Positions 1-10,514 of a stretch of DNA of 20,000 nt are shown here, piece after piece. Made by a program: the position numbers and the translations under genes. The first letter of the stretch is position 1; each line of letters opens with the position of its first letter. Location: positions 545,392 through 565,391 of the forward strand of contig WELA01001939.1 of the NCBI GenBank assembly GCA_009602735.1, in the 5' to 3' direction. Source of the stretch: Mesotaenium endlicherianum. Its lineage: Eukaryota. A model generated the notes under the pieces. The model saw nothing but the letters and a program-made list of their open reading frames with translations, was not told the DNA's origin and made no database searches.

Positions 1-2940
1 AGAAGCAAGAGTCGGAGGTCTAAGTCATTAGGAACACATCTCTGGTGTGATGAATCAGTATATTAGTAGATATAACATTCATTTAAATACACTAGTTAAT
101 CATGTTCAGCCTGCTGAACTCTAGTTTAATAATCAGTTTGCTGGACTTTATATTTAATAGCAGTTTAATGACTCAGCCGGAAGCAGCAGGTTGAAGTCAA
201 CTTAAGTCAGCTTGCTGACACATTCTTTGACAGCCAGCTGACTTCCGTACTCGGTAGCAGCAAATTGCCTCAATATGCATCTAAGTATGATAGGCTAGAT
301 GAATGGCCAGATGACATCCCCATGATGGATGGCAATTCGGGATGATGGGAGATGGCGGTGGATTTGGTTAACCGAGATCCTACCAACGTGGTTAACTCCC
401 GGGTAGGCGGTGCCATCGCACTGGCCGTTGAACAGTAAACTCATTCCATGTACATATGCAAGGATTGCTCCCGAGTTCGGCATTCGGAAACGAGGCCAAC
501 TCTCTTGTACAGCTTACTGAGAGGAATCTGAATCCAAGGCGAGAAGCCATTGATACGCACTGTCTTCTAACCTTGCTTATGTATGAGTTTACTAAGTGCA
601 TTATTGATGCTAGTTTACTCGCATTTGATTTACGAGTATTGTTCGCTGCTAGTGTGTTGTCCTTTGTCGTTTAATCAGTTAACGGAAAATCCATAAAGAT
701 TACTTGCTGATATAAAGATCTTTATTAATTGTTAATCGCCTATTTGGTAAGTCGATTTATTTCATCTGGCCCGTGTCTTGCCTCACCCAATAATTGCCTT
801 CTTGCTTCTTGTATGGGTCCAAGACTGCTTCTCTGTTCTTGTAGTAAGGTTCTCTTTCATAGCCGGCTGAAAATTGAGCCTCCAGATCTGTCTTCAGGGA
901 TGTTATCACTGCGTTTAATTGCAGTCTTGAGAGGGGGTCAGCCGGGTTTGTCTTGCCGGGCTGGTACTGAAATGTGATGTTGTATTGTTGCAAGTATCCG
1001 CTCCATCTTGCTTGTCTCCTTGAGAGATACGGCTGCGTCTGAAGGTGCTTTAACGCCTCGTGGTCCGTGGTGACCAGTACCTTGCGTCCTTCAACATAGC
1101 AGCGCCAAACCTTCAAGGCATGTACAATTGCCAATGCCTCTCGCTCCGTGGTTGTATAATTTTGCTCGGCTGGAATTAGCTTTCTTGACTCGTAGGCAAT
1201 GGGCTGCAGTCCCTTGCCTTGGTCTTGAAGCAGGATTGCTCCAATTGCTTAGGAAGATGCATCGGTGATGACGTGGAAGGGCCAATCTGGGTTTGGACTT
1301 GGGAGTGTGAGCACCGGGGATGTCGTCAATCTTTGTTTCAGTTGTTGGATTGCTTCCTCCTCTTTCTTGGTCCAAACATATGGCTTGTCTTTCTTCAGTA
1401 GATCCGTGAGAGGGGCTGCTATGTGTGAGAAGCTCTGGATGAATCTCCTGTACCAATTGGCAAATCCCAAGAATGATTGGAGTTCTTTCTTGGTCGTGGG
1501 GGTTGGCCACTCCTCCACCACCGTGGTCTTCTTGGGGTCCATCTTGATGCCATCAGCAGTCACGTGGAGACCTAGGAACTCCACTTCTTGTTTGGCAAAC
1601 TCGCACTTTGACTCCTTCGCAAATAGCTTGTTTTGCTTCAATACTTCAAGGACTTCTTTCAAGTGTCTCGCATGCTCTTCAAGGGTCTTGCTGTAGATAA
1701 GGATGTCATCGATGAATACCACCACAAATCTGTCCAACATGGGCTGAAATATGGTGTTCATCATAGTCATGAAAGTTGCTGGCGCGTTGGTGAGTCCAAA
1801 TGGCAGGACCATGAACTCAAAATGTCCATATCTTGTCCTGAATGCCGTCTTCTCTATGTCCGGTTCTGCGATGCGAATCTGGTGGTAGCCGCTCCGTAAG
1901 TCAATCTTCGTGAAGTACTTGGCTCCAACCAGCCGGTCCATGAGCTCATCCATGCGCGGCAGCGGGTATCGATTCTTGATGGTGATCTTGTTGAGGGCGC
2001 GATAGTCCACACACATCCTCAAGGTACCATCTTTCTTCTTGACAAATAGCACCGGGGCTCCAAATGGCGACTTGCTAGGTCGAATGAAGCCATGCTCCAG
2101 TAGCTCCTTGATTTGCTTCTTGACTTCGTCTAGCTCCGTGTATGACATTTTGAACGTAGGCCGAGAGATGGGCTTGCTTCCGGGCTCCAACTCTATCTTG
2201 TGGTCTACGAATCTTTTGGGGGGTAGGCCCTTGGGCAATTCCGGGGAGAACACTTCTTTGTAGTCCTCTAAGACTTCTTGTATCTCCTTGGGAACGGGGC
2301 TGCCTTCTTGACTCTCGATGTCTTTCTTGATGTCTTTTGGCGTGATCAAGGCCAAAAGAAGCTCGTGTCCCTTCCTCACAAGTCTCTTGAGTTGGAGGGC
2401 GGACAATAGTATCTCGTGTGCCGGCTTCTGGATGTCTTGGGTCTGGATATTCTGGATTGCGCGCAAAATACAGATTCTTGAAGTGATGTCATTCTTGATC
2501 TTGATAGTACCGGTCCTCCAATCAACTTGGGGGTTGTGCTTGGTCAACCAAGGCGTCCCTAGGATGACGTCGTACTTGCCCAATTGCATGGGGGAGAACA
2601 CTACTCTATCCTTGAAGGACTTGATAGAGAGTGCCAAGGGGTACGTCTTCTTGGAAGGGGTAGTATAGGAGAATCCATCGGGCATCATAATCTCCTCGTC
2701 GTGGTCAAGAGTTCGCATAGTAATACCGTGCTTGGTGGCAAAATCTGCAGCAATGAAGTTGCCTTGAGCTCCGCTATCCACCAAGATGTGGACCTTCTCT
2801 CCTCCAAGGTAACCTCTCAAACTCGTTGGGGCTAGAACGTCGTCTTCAACGGGGGTCTCCACCTCACTTGGCTTGTTGCCTTCTCGTGAAGTGGGTCTTG
2901 GGGTGGTAGGCTCCTGGCCTACAGGCGCTGTCCATTTTTT
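1..2940 (-). pseudogene. pol: Disrupted pol of copy B
   Basis: TAT>TAA nonsense at 1249-1251 (ASSY>ASS*) in RNase H. The frame continues (ORF 757-1134) and is interrupted by the 46-764 insertion, and pol sequence resumes at 45-1. Confidence 0.9.
46..764. mobile_element. Nested solo LTR of an unrelated family (719 bp)
   Basis: TG...CA ends and a 5-bp TSD TCTGG (41-45, 765-769). The empty site is visible in copy A (5916-5920). No coding content recognised. Confidence 0.85.
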
Positions 2941-3173
2941 GACAACTTTTTAGGACATGAGAGTGCACGATGGCCCTTTTCCTTGCAATAAAAGCATAGT
3001 CTAGCCGTCATGAGAGCTTCTTTTTCAGCCGGGGAGAGTCTTGCTTTCACTCCTTGCTGGTTTCTTGCATCATAAGTGTCATTAGAGGGTCTTCCACTCT
3101 TTTGGGCAGCCNNNNNNNNNNNNNNNNNAGGGCTTCCTTCGAAAGCTTGCTGTTGGTCTTGAGGATCGGCCAT
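2919..3173 (-). pseudogene. gag: gag of copy B; only the N- and C-termini are present around an assembly gap
   Basis: [15 protein letters not shown], then Ns at 3112-3128, then ...[14 protein letters not shown]. About 970 bp present in copy A is not represented. Confidence 0.7.
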
Positions 3174-3210
3174 CTTCTTGTGCTACCAAAGTGCCTAGCT
3201 CCAGGAAGGG

Positions 3211-3713
3211 TGTAGTGAAACAGATAGATAAAGTACTTAGTAAAATAGAATACTTTATCTATTCAAGACAAGGATCTTTGAACACAAGTGGTAGCTTCTT
3301 GAAAGAGAGATGGCTTCTTGAAAGTTAATATATTTCTGGATTTTGGCAAGTACAAGAGTGATTCTGGAATGTCTTTCTATGTTCTAGCTCTTGTTTATAT
3401 ACTTGCTACATAAGTAATTTCTAGGAAGGTGTATGTTGATGTGTTGGCACCCAACACATCCCAAAACTTGCCACCTCTTTCTAGAATAATGTACACATGT
3501 CCTTTTGACCTAAAAATGGCACATCTGACTTTTGCCACATGGAGTTCTTCTAGGTCTTTCCTCTAACTTCGAAAATGCCTTGGAAGGTTCAAAGGACATG
3601 AACCAAGTTACTAGAGTACCTATTCACACTTGACTCCACACAATACTACTCCAAATATATTTGAAAACATTAAAATATATGCAAACTAATATATAATAAC
3701 TCAAATCACTACA
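3211..3713 (-). repeat. 503-bp LTR: 3' LTR of copy A and 5' LTR of copy B
   Basis: 8-bp terminal inverted repeats TGTAGTGA/TCACTACA. The PPT lies on its right and the gag leader of copy B on its left. Confidence 0.95.
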
Positions 3714-3723
3714 TCACCCCCCC
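3714..3723 (-). promoter_or_regulatory. Polypurine tract
   Basis: Minus strand GGGGGGGTGA directly abuts the TG start of the 3' LTR. Confidence 0.8.
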
Positions 3724-3750
3724 GATAGAAAAAGCGACGTCTCGGCGCGT

Positions 3751-3879
3751 CAAGTCAGGTCTTACACATGTGGAGCAAACTAGTCAACAGTTTCAAGTCA
3801 GATGCCACACATGTGAAGAGGACTAGTCAAAGGCGCCAAGTCAGGTGCTACACATGTAAGGTAGACTAGGCAAGGTCGT
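3751..3879. repeat. Three degenerate 43-bp tandem repeats in the retroelement 3' UTR
   Basis: Units start at 3751, 3794 and 3837 and share CAAGTCAG-N5-ACACATGT-N7-ACTAG. Confidence 0.85.
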
Positions 3880-4482
3880 AGGTGGTGTGACCTTATTGGC
3901 TAGCCTACTCCTTAATGATAAAGAAAATTGTACAAGTTGGCCCAGAATCTGCCACGAACTCAAAAATTCATAGCGGCCACAGAACTGCTCCAAATCTGAA
4001 AATTCGAGTGCCAGACGGACCGCGTCGGAGAACTCTACCGGGTCACCAAATTTGAGAGCATTCTCATTTCTGGAGTGTCGTTGAGAGCTGAGAGAGTAGG
4101 CACTCCTCCAAATCTGTGCAGAAACTTCTGAAAATCATAAGTCCTTCTATACTTCTCCAAATTCTGCAAACTAAGTCTCAAACTGGGCGCTGTAAGATGT
4201 TCTACCAGAGTCTTGAGTTTCAGAGCATTCCAAGTTCAGGGGAGGGCACAATGTCAGAAGGCATATTCTGCCCTAACAATGCCAGCAGCCTGACCCCCTT
4301 CTACTTAGAGCATCATATCTCTCTCACCAGTGCTCCAAATTGAGCAAACTTGGACTCTAAATGACCGGCTACTCATGGACTACAGCCAGGTAAATTTTCA
4401 GAATTTATTATGCAGAGACCTATTACCAGTAGCAGTTTTAGTTTTCTGTCCAGAAACTGCGAGAAGAGAAGAGTGTCTAATG

Positions 4483-7400
4483 TCAATTTTTCCTCTTTCT
4501 TGTTCTTGCAGGCTGCCTCCAAGGGGTCTTCTGCTGCTTCTTGATGGTGGCAGGCTGCCTCCCTGAAGTCTTCGGGCTTCTAGTAGAGAGACTTGGGGCT
4601 GGTCCAAGATGGGGGTTGGCGGCATGGAAGCGCTTCAACTTTCTCTGAACTTTGTCAAGGTAGTGCGCCGCCACCCAACTATTCTCCGAATCTGGATATC
4701 CTTTCCACTTGATCAAGTATTGCTGCTGTCTCCTGAAATTTCTCATAGCCACTATGTCTTCCACTTCGTACTCCAAATGATCATCCACTATTGTTGGGGC
4801 TGGTGGGGTTGTCACACGTCCTGGGAACTTGTTGTCGGGTTGCACATATGGCTTGAAGAGGGAAGCGTGGAATACGGGGTCGATGTGCATAGTCTGGGGA
4901 AGTTCTAGCTTGAAAGCAACGGGGTTGACTTGCTGGATAATCTTGAAGGGTCCCAAATACTTGGGAGAGAACTTGCTGCCGGCAGGCCTGTTGTTCAGGG
5001 AAATGTTCTTGGATGATAGTAACACGTTGTCACCCACTCTGTACGTAATTTCTCTTCTGGATCTGTTCGCCACTCTTGCTTGAGCATCTTGCGCGTGTTG
5101 TAGAGCTTTCTTCGCTGCTGTAAGGGCTGCTTCTAATGTCTCCATAAAATCTGTGGCTGCAGGTACTTCATCATGGCCAGCCGTGAAGCTCAGTGGCGTG
5201 GTCGGATGGAAGCCATAGTTGAGGAAGAATGGGGACTCTTGGGTAGAGGCCTGCGTAGTGTTGTTGTAGGCAAACTCGAGGGGGGTCAAGTACATGTCCC
5301 AGTCTTGCTCGAGGGTAGACACGTAGGCCTTTAGAGAGGTCTTTAGGGTACGATTCATACGCTCGGTTTGCCCATCTGATTGTGGGTGGTAGGCAGTAGA
5401 CATATCCAGCGATGTACCCAAGTTCTTGAAGAGATTTTTCCAGAAATGGCTTGTGAATCTTGGATCTCTATCTGACACAATTCTTGATGGTAGTCCATGG
5501 AGTCGGAAGATGTTGTCAAAGATGAGTCTTGCAAGTTGTGGTGCTGTAGCCTTAGTCGTCGTGGGAATAAAATGAGCCATCTTGGTAAGTCTGTCCACCG
5601 CCGTGAGTATTGCATTATGGCCTCGAGGTGTCACGGGCAAGTCCACGATAAGGTCCATTGAGATGTCCGTCCATTGTCTTTCGGGGATTGGTAGTGGTTG
5701 GAGGAGTCCTCCCGCCTTTTGCGATGATGGCTTGATTCTTTGGCATGTGTCACAGGCCCTGCAGTACTCCTTGACTTGCTTAGACATACCTGGCCAGCAA
5801 TAAGTCCTGGCTAGAACGCCCGTGGTCCTTAGGATTCCAAAGTGTCCTCCAAGAGGGTTGTCGTGTGCTTCTCGTAGAAGCAAGAGCCGGAGGTCTAAGT
5901 CATTAGGAACACATCTCTGGCCCGTATCTTGCCTCACCCAATAATTGCCTTCTTGCTTCTTGCATGGGTCCAAGGCTGCTTCTCCGTTCTTGTAGTAAGG
6001 GTCTCTTTCATAGGCGGCTGAAAATCGAGCTTCCAGATCTGTCTTCAGGGATACCATCACTGCATTTAATTGCAGTCTTGAGAGGGGGTCAGCCGGGTTT
6101 GTCTTGCCGGGCTGGTACTGAATCGTGATGTTGTATTGTTGCAAGTATCCGCTCCATCTTGCTTGTCTCCTTGAGAGATACGGCTGCGTTTGGAGGTGCT
6201 TTAACGCCTCGTGGTCCGTGGTGACCAGTACTTTGCGTCCTTCAACGTAGCAGCGCCAAACCTTCAAGGCATGTACAATCGCCAATGCCTCTCGCTCCGT
6301 GGTTGTATAATTTTGCTCGGCTGGATTTAGCTTCCTTGACTCGTAGGCGATGGGCTGCAGTCCCTTGCCTTGGTCTTGAAGCAGGATTGCTCCTATTGCA
6401 TAGGAAGATGCATCGGTGATGACGTGGAAGGGCCAATCTGGGTTTGGACTTGGGAGTGTGAGCACCGGGGATGTGGTCAATCTTCGCTTTAACTCTTGAA
6501 ATGCCTCTTCCTCTTTCTCGGTCCATGTATATAGCCTGTCCTTCTTGAGTAGATCTGTCAGGGGGGCTGCTATGTGCGAGAAGCCTTGGATGAATTTTCT
6601 GTACCAATTGGCAAATCCCAAGAATGACTGGAGTTCTTTCTTGGTCGTGGGGGTTGGCCATTCCTCCACCACCGTGGTCTTCTTGGGGTCTATCTTGATG
6701 CCATCAGCAGTCACGTGGAGACCTAGGAACTCCACTTCTTGTTTGGCAAACTCGCATTTTGACTCCTTCGCAAACAGCTTGTTTTGCTTCAATACTTCAA
6801 GGACTTCTTTCAAGTGTCTCGCATGCTCTTCAAGGGTCTTGCTGTAGATAAGGATGTCATCGATGAATACCACCACAAATCTGTCCAACATGGGCTGAAA
6901 TATGGTGTTCATCATAGTCATGAAAGTTGCTGGCGCGTTGGTGAGTCCAAATGGCAGGACCATGAACTCAAAATGTCCATATCTTGTCCTGAATGCCGTC
7001 TTCTCTATGTCCGGTTCTGCGATGCGAATCTGGTGGTAGCCGCTCCGTAAGTCAATCTTCGTGAAGTACTTGGCTCCAACCAGCCGGTCCATGAGCTCAT
7101 CCATGCGCGGCAGCGGGTATCGATTCTTGATGGTGATCTTGTTGAGGGCGCGATAGTCCACACACATCCTCAAGGTACCATCTTTCTTCTTGACAAATAG
7201 CACCGGGGCTCCAAATGGCGACTTGCTAGGTCGAATGAAGCCATGCTCCAGTAGCTCCTTGATTTGCTTCTTGACTTCGTCTAGCTCCGTGTATGACATT
7301 TTGAACGTAGGCCGAGAGATGGGCTTGCTTCCGGGCTCCAACTCTATCTTGTGGTCTACGAATCTTTTGGGGGGTAGGCCCTTGGGCAATTCCGGGGAGA

Positions 7401-8148
7401 ACACTTCTTTGTAGTCCTCTAAGACTTCTTGTATCTCCTTGGGAACGGGGCTGCCTTCTTGACTCTCGATGTCTTTCTTGATGTCTTTTGGCGTGATCAA
7501 GGCCAAAAGAAGCTCGTGTCCCTTCCTCACAAGTCTCTTGAGTTGGAGGGCGGACAATAGTATCTCGTGTGCCGGCTTCTGGATGTCTTGGGTCTGGATA
7601 TTCTGGATTGCGCGCAAAATACAGATTCTTGAAGTGATGTCATTCTTGATCTTGATAGTACCGGTCCTCCAATCAACTTGGGGGTTGTGCTTGGTCAACC
7701 AAGGCGTCCCTAGGATGACGTCGTACTTGCCCAATTGCATGGGGGAGAACACTACTCTATCCTTGAAGGACTTGATAGAGAGTGCCAAGGGGTACGTCTT
7801 CTTGGAAGGGGTAGTATAGGAGAATCCATCGGGCATCATAATCTCCTCGTCGTGGTCAAGAGTTCGCATAGTAATACCGTGCTTGGTGGCAAAATCTGCA
7901 GCAATGAAGTTGCCTTGAGCTCCGCTATCCACCAAGATGTGGACCTTCTCTCCTCCAAGGTAACCTCTCAAACTCATTGGGGCTGGAACGTCGTCTTCAA
8001 CGGGGGTCTCCACCTCACTTGGCGTGTTGCCTTCTCGTGAAGTGGGTCTTGGGGTGGTAGGCTCCTGGCCTACCGGCGCTGTCCGTTTTTTGACAACTTT
8101 TTGGGGCATGAAAGTGCACGATGGCCCTTTTCCTTGCAATAAAAGCAT
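4483..8148 (-). CDS. pol: Pol polyprotein: protease, RT, RNase H, integrase, chromodomain (probably entered by -1 frameshift at ~8085-8091)
   Basis: Protease [36 protein letters not shown]; RNase H ITDAS; integrase HHCC (AHDNPLGGH...CRACDTC) and DDE ([16 protein letters not shown]); GPF motif YLGPFKI; chromodomain EYEVEDI...YLIKWKGY...NSW. Confidence 0.97.
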   Translation of the reverse strand: MLLLQGKGPSCTFMPQKVVKKRTAPVGQEPTTPRPTSREGNTPSEVETPVEDDVPAPMSLRGYLGGEKVHILVDSGAQGNFIAADFATKHGITMRTLDHDEEIMMPDGFSYTTPSKKTYPLALSIKSFKDRVVFSPMQLGKYDVILGTPWLTKHNPQVDWRTGTIKIKNDITSRICILRAIQNIQTQDIQKPAHEILLSALQLKRLVRKGHELLLALITPKDIKKDIESQEGSPVPKEIQEVLEDYKEVFSPELPKGLPPKRFVDHKIELEPGSKPISRPTFKMSYTELDEVKKQIKELLEHGFIRPSKSPFGAPVLFVKKKDGTLRMCVDYRALNKITIKNRYPLPRMDELMDRLVGAKYFTKIDLRSGYHQIRIAEPDIEKTAFRTRYGHFEFMVLPFGLTNAPATFMTMMNTIFQPMLDRFVVVFIDDILIYSKTLEEHARHLKEVLEVLKQNKLFAKESKCEFAKQEVEFLGLHVTADGIKIDPKKTTVVEEWPTPTTKKELQSFLGFANWYRKFIQGFSHIAAPLTDLLKKDRLYTWTEKEEEAFQELKRRLTTSPVLTLPSPNPDWPFHVITDASSYAIGAILLQDQGKGLQPIAYESRKLNPAEQNYTTTEREALAIVHALKVWRCYVEGRKVLVTTDHEALKHLQTQPYLSRRQARWSGYLQQYNITIQYQPGKTNPADPLSRLQLNAVMVSLKTDLEARFSAAYERDPYYKNGEAALDPCKKQEGNYWVRQDTGQRCVPNDLDLRLLLLREAHDNPLGGHFGILRTTGVLARTYCWPGMSKQVKEYCRACDTCQRIKPSSQKAGGLLQPLPIPERQWTDISMDLIVDLPVTPRGHNAILTAVDRLTKMAHFIPTTTKATAPQLARLIFDNIFRLHGLPSRIVSDRDPRFTSHFWKNLFKNLGTSLDMSTAYHPQSDGQTERMNRTLKTSLKAYVSTLEQDWDMYLTPLEFAYNNTTQASTQESPFFLNYGFHPTTPLSFTAGHDEVPAATDFMETLEAALTAAKKALQHAQDAQARVANRSRREITYRVGDNVLLSSKNISLNNRPAGSKFSPKYLGPFKIIQQVNPVAFKLELPQTMHIDPVFHASLFKPYVQPDNKFPGRVTTPPAPTIVDDHLEYEVEDIVAMRNFRRQQQYLIKWKGYPDSENSWVAAHYLDKVQRKLKRFHAANPHLGPAPSLSTRSPKTSGRQPATIKKQQKTPWRQPARTRKRKN
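8056..8091 (-). promoter_or_regulatory. Candidate -1 ribosomal frameshift signal
   Basis: A AAA AAC heptamer in gag frame (8091-8085). Pol is the -1 frame. A hairpin GGTAGGC-CAGGA-GCCTACC (8074-8056) containing the gag TAG lies 10 nt downstream. Confidence 0.8.
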
Positions 8149-9275
8149 AGTCCAGCCGTCATGAGAGCTTCTTTTTCAGCCGGGGAGAGTCTTGCTTTCA
8201 CTCCTTGCTGGTTTCTTGCATCATAAGTGTCATTGGAGGGTCTTCCACTCTTCCGGGCAGCCGCGGGGTCCCTTTTAATAACTCCGATTTCCATGGGTGT
8301 GGGTCCAGATTCGGATGTGGAAGGGGCTGCGTACACCCGCGTCGCCGGTACCCGTGAAGATGAAGGCACGGAGTGCTTGAAATCCAAGGTATGCACCTTT
8401 TGGGCCACTTCAATGATCTTTGAGAAGTCCGTCAAGTCGCGTAATTCCACTTCCTTTGCCACCTTGGGCTTGAGGCCAAAGATGTAGCGGTCAATCTTCT
8501 CCTCGAGAGACATGTTGGGGATCTCAAGAGTGAGGGCGTGAAATCTGGATGTATACTCTTGAACGGACGTCGTTTGCTTGAGATGGTGGAGCTTTCCTCG
8601 GGCAATCTTCTCCGCATTGATGGGCATGAATTGCTTCTTGAGGGCCTCACGAAAATCTGCCCATCTTGCATATGATGGTGGGGGCTCTTGGCCGAGCATG
8701 GGGTGCGCCATAGCTTGATATATAGCCGCTTGATAGTTACGCCACCATGATGTTGCTGCTCCTCTAAGTAAGGTAACGGCAAAGGGAACGTAGTCCTCCT
8801 CGGGTACTTCAAGGAACGCGAGGTACGTCTCCACTTGGTAGAGCCATAAATTCAGGTTGGCACCTTTCCCGGGGTTGAAAGTGTCGGGTTTGCCGGGCTT
8901 GATGAGTTTCCTTGCTCTCGTTGGCTCTTGTGGAGGCGCTTGAGCCGGGGCTGGATTTTGAGCATTGCTCGCAATAGGGGCAACCATGGCAGCCATAGCT
9001 TCTCTTGACGCTTGCACGGTTGCTTCATAGGTGGCCAAGCCCACTTGGTTGTGGACGGTCATTAGGAAGGCTGCCCACTCATTTGCGGGAACTCCTTGTG
9101 GTGGGGTCAACTTTGCTATAGCGGCTGCCACGGGATTTGACGGTGCTCCTCCTTGTGGTGCTTCTTGTTGTTGCAGATTTTCTTGAGTGGGCTCTCCCAT
9201 CGGCGCTGGAGGAGGGTCTCTTGGAGAGGAAGGGCTTCCTTCGAAAGCTTGCTGTTGGTCTTGAGGATCGGCCAT
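8070..9275 (-). CDS. gag: Gag protein (401 aa)
   Basis: ATG about 25 nt after the PBS. Retrotransposon capsid-like segment (LRGAATSWW...[10 protein letters not shown]), PTPMEIG motif and CCHC zinc knuckle [14 protein letters not shown]. Confidence 0.93.
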   Translation of the reverse strand: MADPQDQQQAFEGSPSSPRDPPPAPMGEPTQENLQQQEAPQGGAPSNPVAAAIAKLTPPQGVPANEWAAFLMTVHNQVGLATYEATVQASREAMAAMVAPIASNAQNPAPAQAPPQEPTRARKLIKPGKPDTFNPGKGANLNLWLYQVETYLAFLEVPEEDYVPFAVTLLRGAATSWWRNYQAAIYQAMAHPMLGQEPPPSYARWADFREALKKQFMPINAEKIARGKLHHLKQTTSVQEYTSRFHALTLEIPNMSLEEKIDRYIFGLKPKVAKEVELRDLTDFSKIIEVAQKVHTLDFKHSVPSSSRVPATRVYAAPSTSESGPTPMEIGVIKRDPAAARKSGRPSNDTYDARNQQGVKARLSPAEKEALMTAGLCFYCKEKGHRALSCPKKLSKNGQRR

Positions 9276-9299
9276 CTTCTTGTGCTACCAAAGTGCCTA

Positions 9300-9311
9300 G
9301 CTCCGATACCA
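9300..9311 (-). promoter_or_regulatory. Primer binding site for initiator tRNA-Met
   Basis: Minus strand TGGTATCGGAGC, 1 nt after the LTR end. Matches the standard tRNAiMet PBS TGGTATCAGAGC with one G:U-compatible change. Confidence 0.9.
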
Positions 9312-9312
9312 C

Positions 9313-10514
9313 TGTAGTGAAACAGATAGATAAAGTACTTAGTAAAACAGAATACTTTATCTATTCAAGACAAGGATCTTTGAACACAAGTGGTAGCTTC
9401 TTGAAAGAGAGATGGCTTCTCGAAAGTTAATATATTTCTGGATTTTGGCAAGTACAAGAGTGATTCTCCAATGTCTTTCTATGTTCTAGCTCTTGTTTAT
9501 GTACTTGCTACATAAGTAATTTCTAGGAAGGTGTATGTTGATGTGTTGGCACCTGAAAGGTGGAAGGGTGCGGGGAGTGCGCCATACACACTCACGCACC
9601 CTCACCCGCGAGTGGAAGCGTGCACGAGGACCTTTCCTAGTTGCATACACAAGGTGGAGTGGCCTGGTGGTATGCCACCCTTGCAAGAGTTAGAGGGCTA
9701 CATGAGAGAGGAGTGGAAAAGAACTNGGAACTCACTTTATGAAGAAAAGTCGTGTACAAGGTACGAAGGTTAGACTAGAATAAGCTCCCTCTACTTCCTT
9801 GTGCTTCCTATTTATCCTTTCTCTAAGTGTCCTCTCTAGCAAAGTACCTCCAGAACCTTCTACTATGGCTTCTTCCAAGTAGGTGACCTTGCCTAATTGG
9901 ACAAGCTAGCACACTCACACGCACACAATCACACTCTAGAATATTCTACTACAAAATCTAGAAATTCCACGATCACTTTGGCACTCTACGTAATTGTACG
10001 TACTTTTTGGAACCCTCATATTTCAATGTCCTACTTCCTGGACTCCAACCGAAATTTTCGTCACTGGACCTGTCCTTGTCACTAAATAGAATCTGTGACA
10101 TTAAAAAGTCACTAGAAACTTCCAAAATTAATAACTATCTCAATACTTGTCCAAATGACTTGAAATAAAAGCCAAAGTTCTTCTAAAATCACACTCTATG
10201 CATATAAAATACTAGAAAGAAACAAACTACACTTTCATAACCTTACAGCACCCAACACATCCCAAAACTTGCCACCTCTTTCTAGAATAATGTACACATG
10301 TCCTTTTGACCTAAAAATGGCACATTTGACTTTTGCCACGTGGAGTTCTTCTAGGTCTTTCCTCTAACTTCGAAAATGCCTTGGAAGGTTCAAAGGACAT
10401 GAACCAAGTCACTAGAGTACCTATTCACACTTGAATCCACACAATACTACTCCAAATATATTTGTAAACATTAAAATATATGCAAACTAATATATAATAA
10501 CTCAAATCACTACA
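9313..10514 (-). repeat. 5' LTR of copy A (503-bp LTR plus nested 694-bp insert and 5-bp TSD)
   Basis: Starts TGTAGTGA (9313) and ends TCACTACA (10514). 9313-9553 plus 10253-10514 align to 3211-3713 with about 10 substitutions by manual count (~2%). Confidence 0.95.
9554..10247. mobile_element. Nested solo LTR of another family (694 bp) inside the 5' LTR
   Basis: TGAAAGGT...ACCTTACA (7/8 inverted match) and a 5-bp TSD GCACC (9549-9553, 10248-10252). The empty site is in the other LTR (3447-3451). Confidence 0.87.

Larger units (their letters stand above)
1..3210 (-). mobile_element. Internal region of a second, defective tandem copy (copy B), truncated by the window start
   Basis: 770-3111 is colinear with 5921-8262 (offset 5151), and 3129-3202 matches 9231-9304. 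It carries an in-frame stop, a 719-bp insertion and a 17-N gap replacing most of gag. Confidence 0.92.
3211..10514 (-). mobile_element. Full-length Ty3/gypsy chromovirus LTR retrotransposon (copy A)
   Basis: Two LTRs with TGTAGTGA...TCACTACA termini (3211-3713 and 9313-10514), a PBS, a PPT, and uninterrupted gag and pol ORFs in gypsy order PR-RT-RH-IN-chromodomain. Confidence 0.96.

Noticed and set aside
46..764. Hammerhead ribozyme (retrozyme-type LTR) around CTGAGAG and GAAA at ~487-523
   Set aside because: CTGAGAG does not fit the CUGANGA core, and I found no correctly ordered core with stems on either strand.
3112..3128. Apparent ~950-bp in-frame gag deletion in copy B
   Set aside because: Coincides with an N gap of unknown true size, so it cannot be called biological.
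3751..3879. CRISPR-like repeat-spacer array
   Set aside because: Only three degenerate units aligned along their whole length, no unique spacers, no cas genes, eukaryotic retroelement context.
1091..9430. Many short antisense and alternative-frame ORFs over gag/pol
   Set aside because: Shadows of the real ORFs. Their duplication simply reflects the two element copies.
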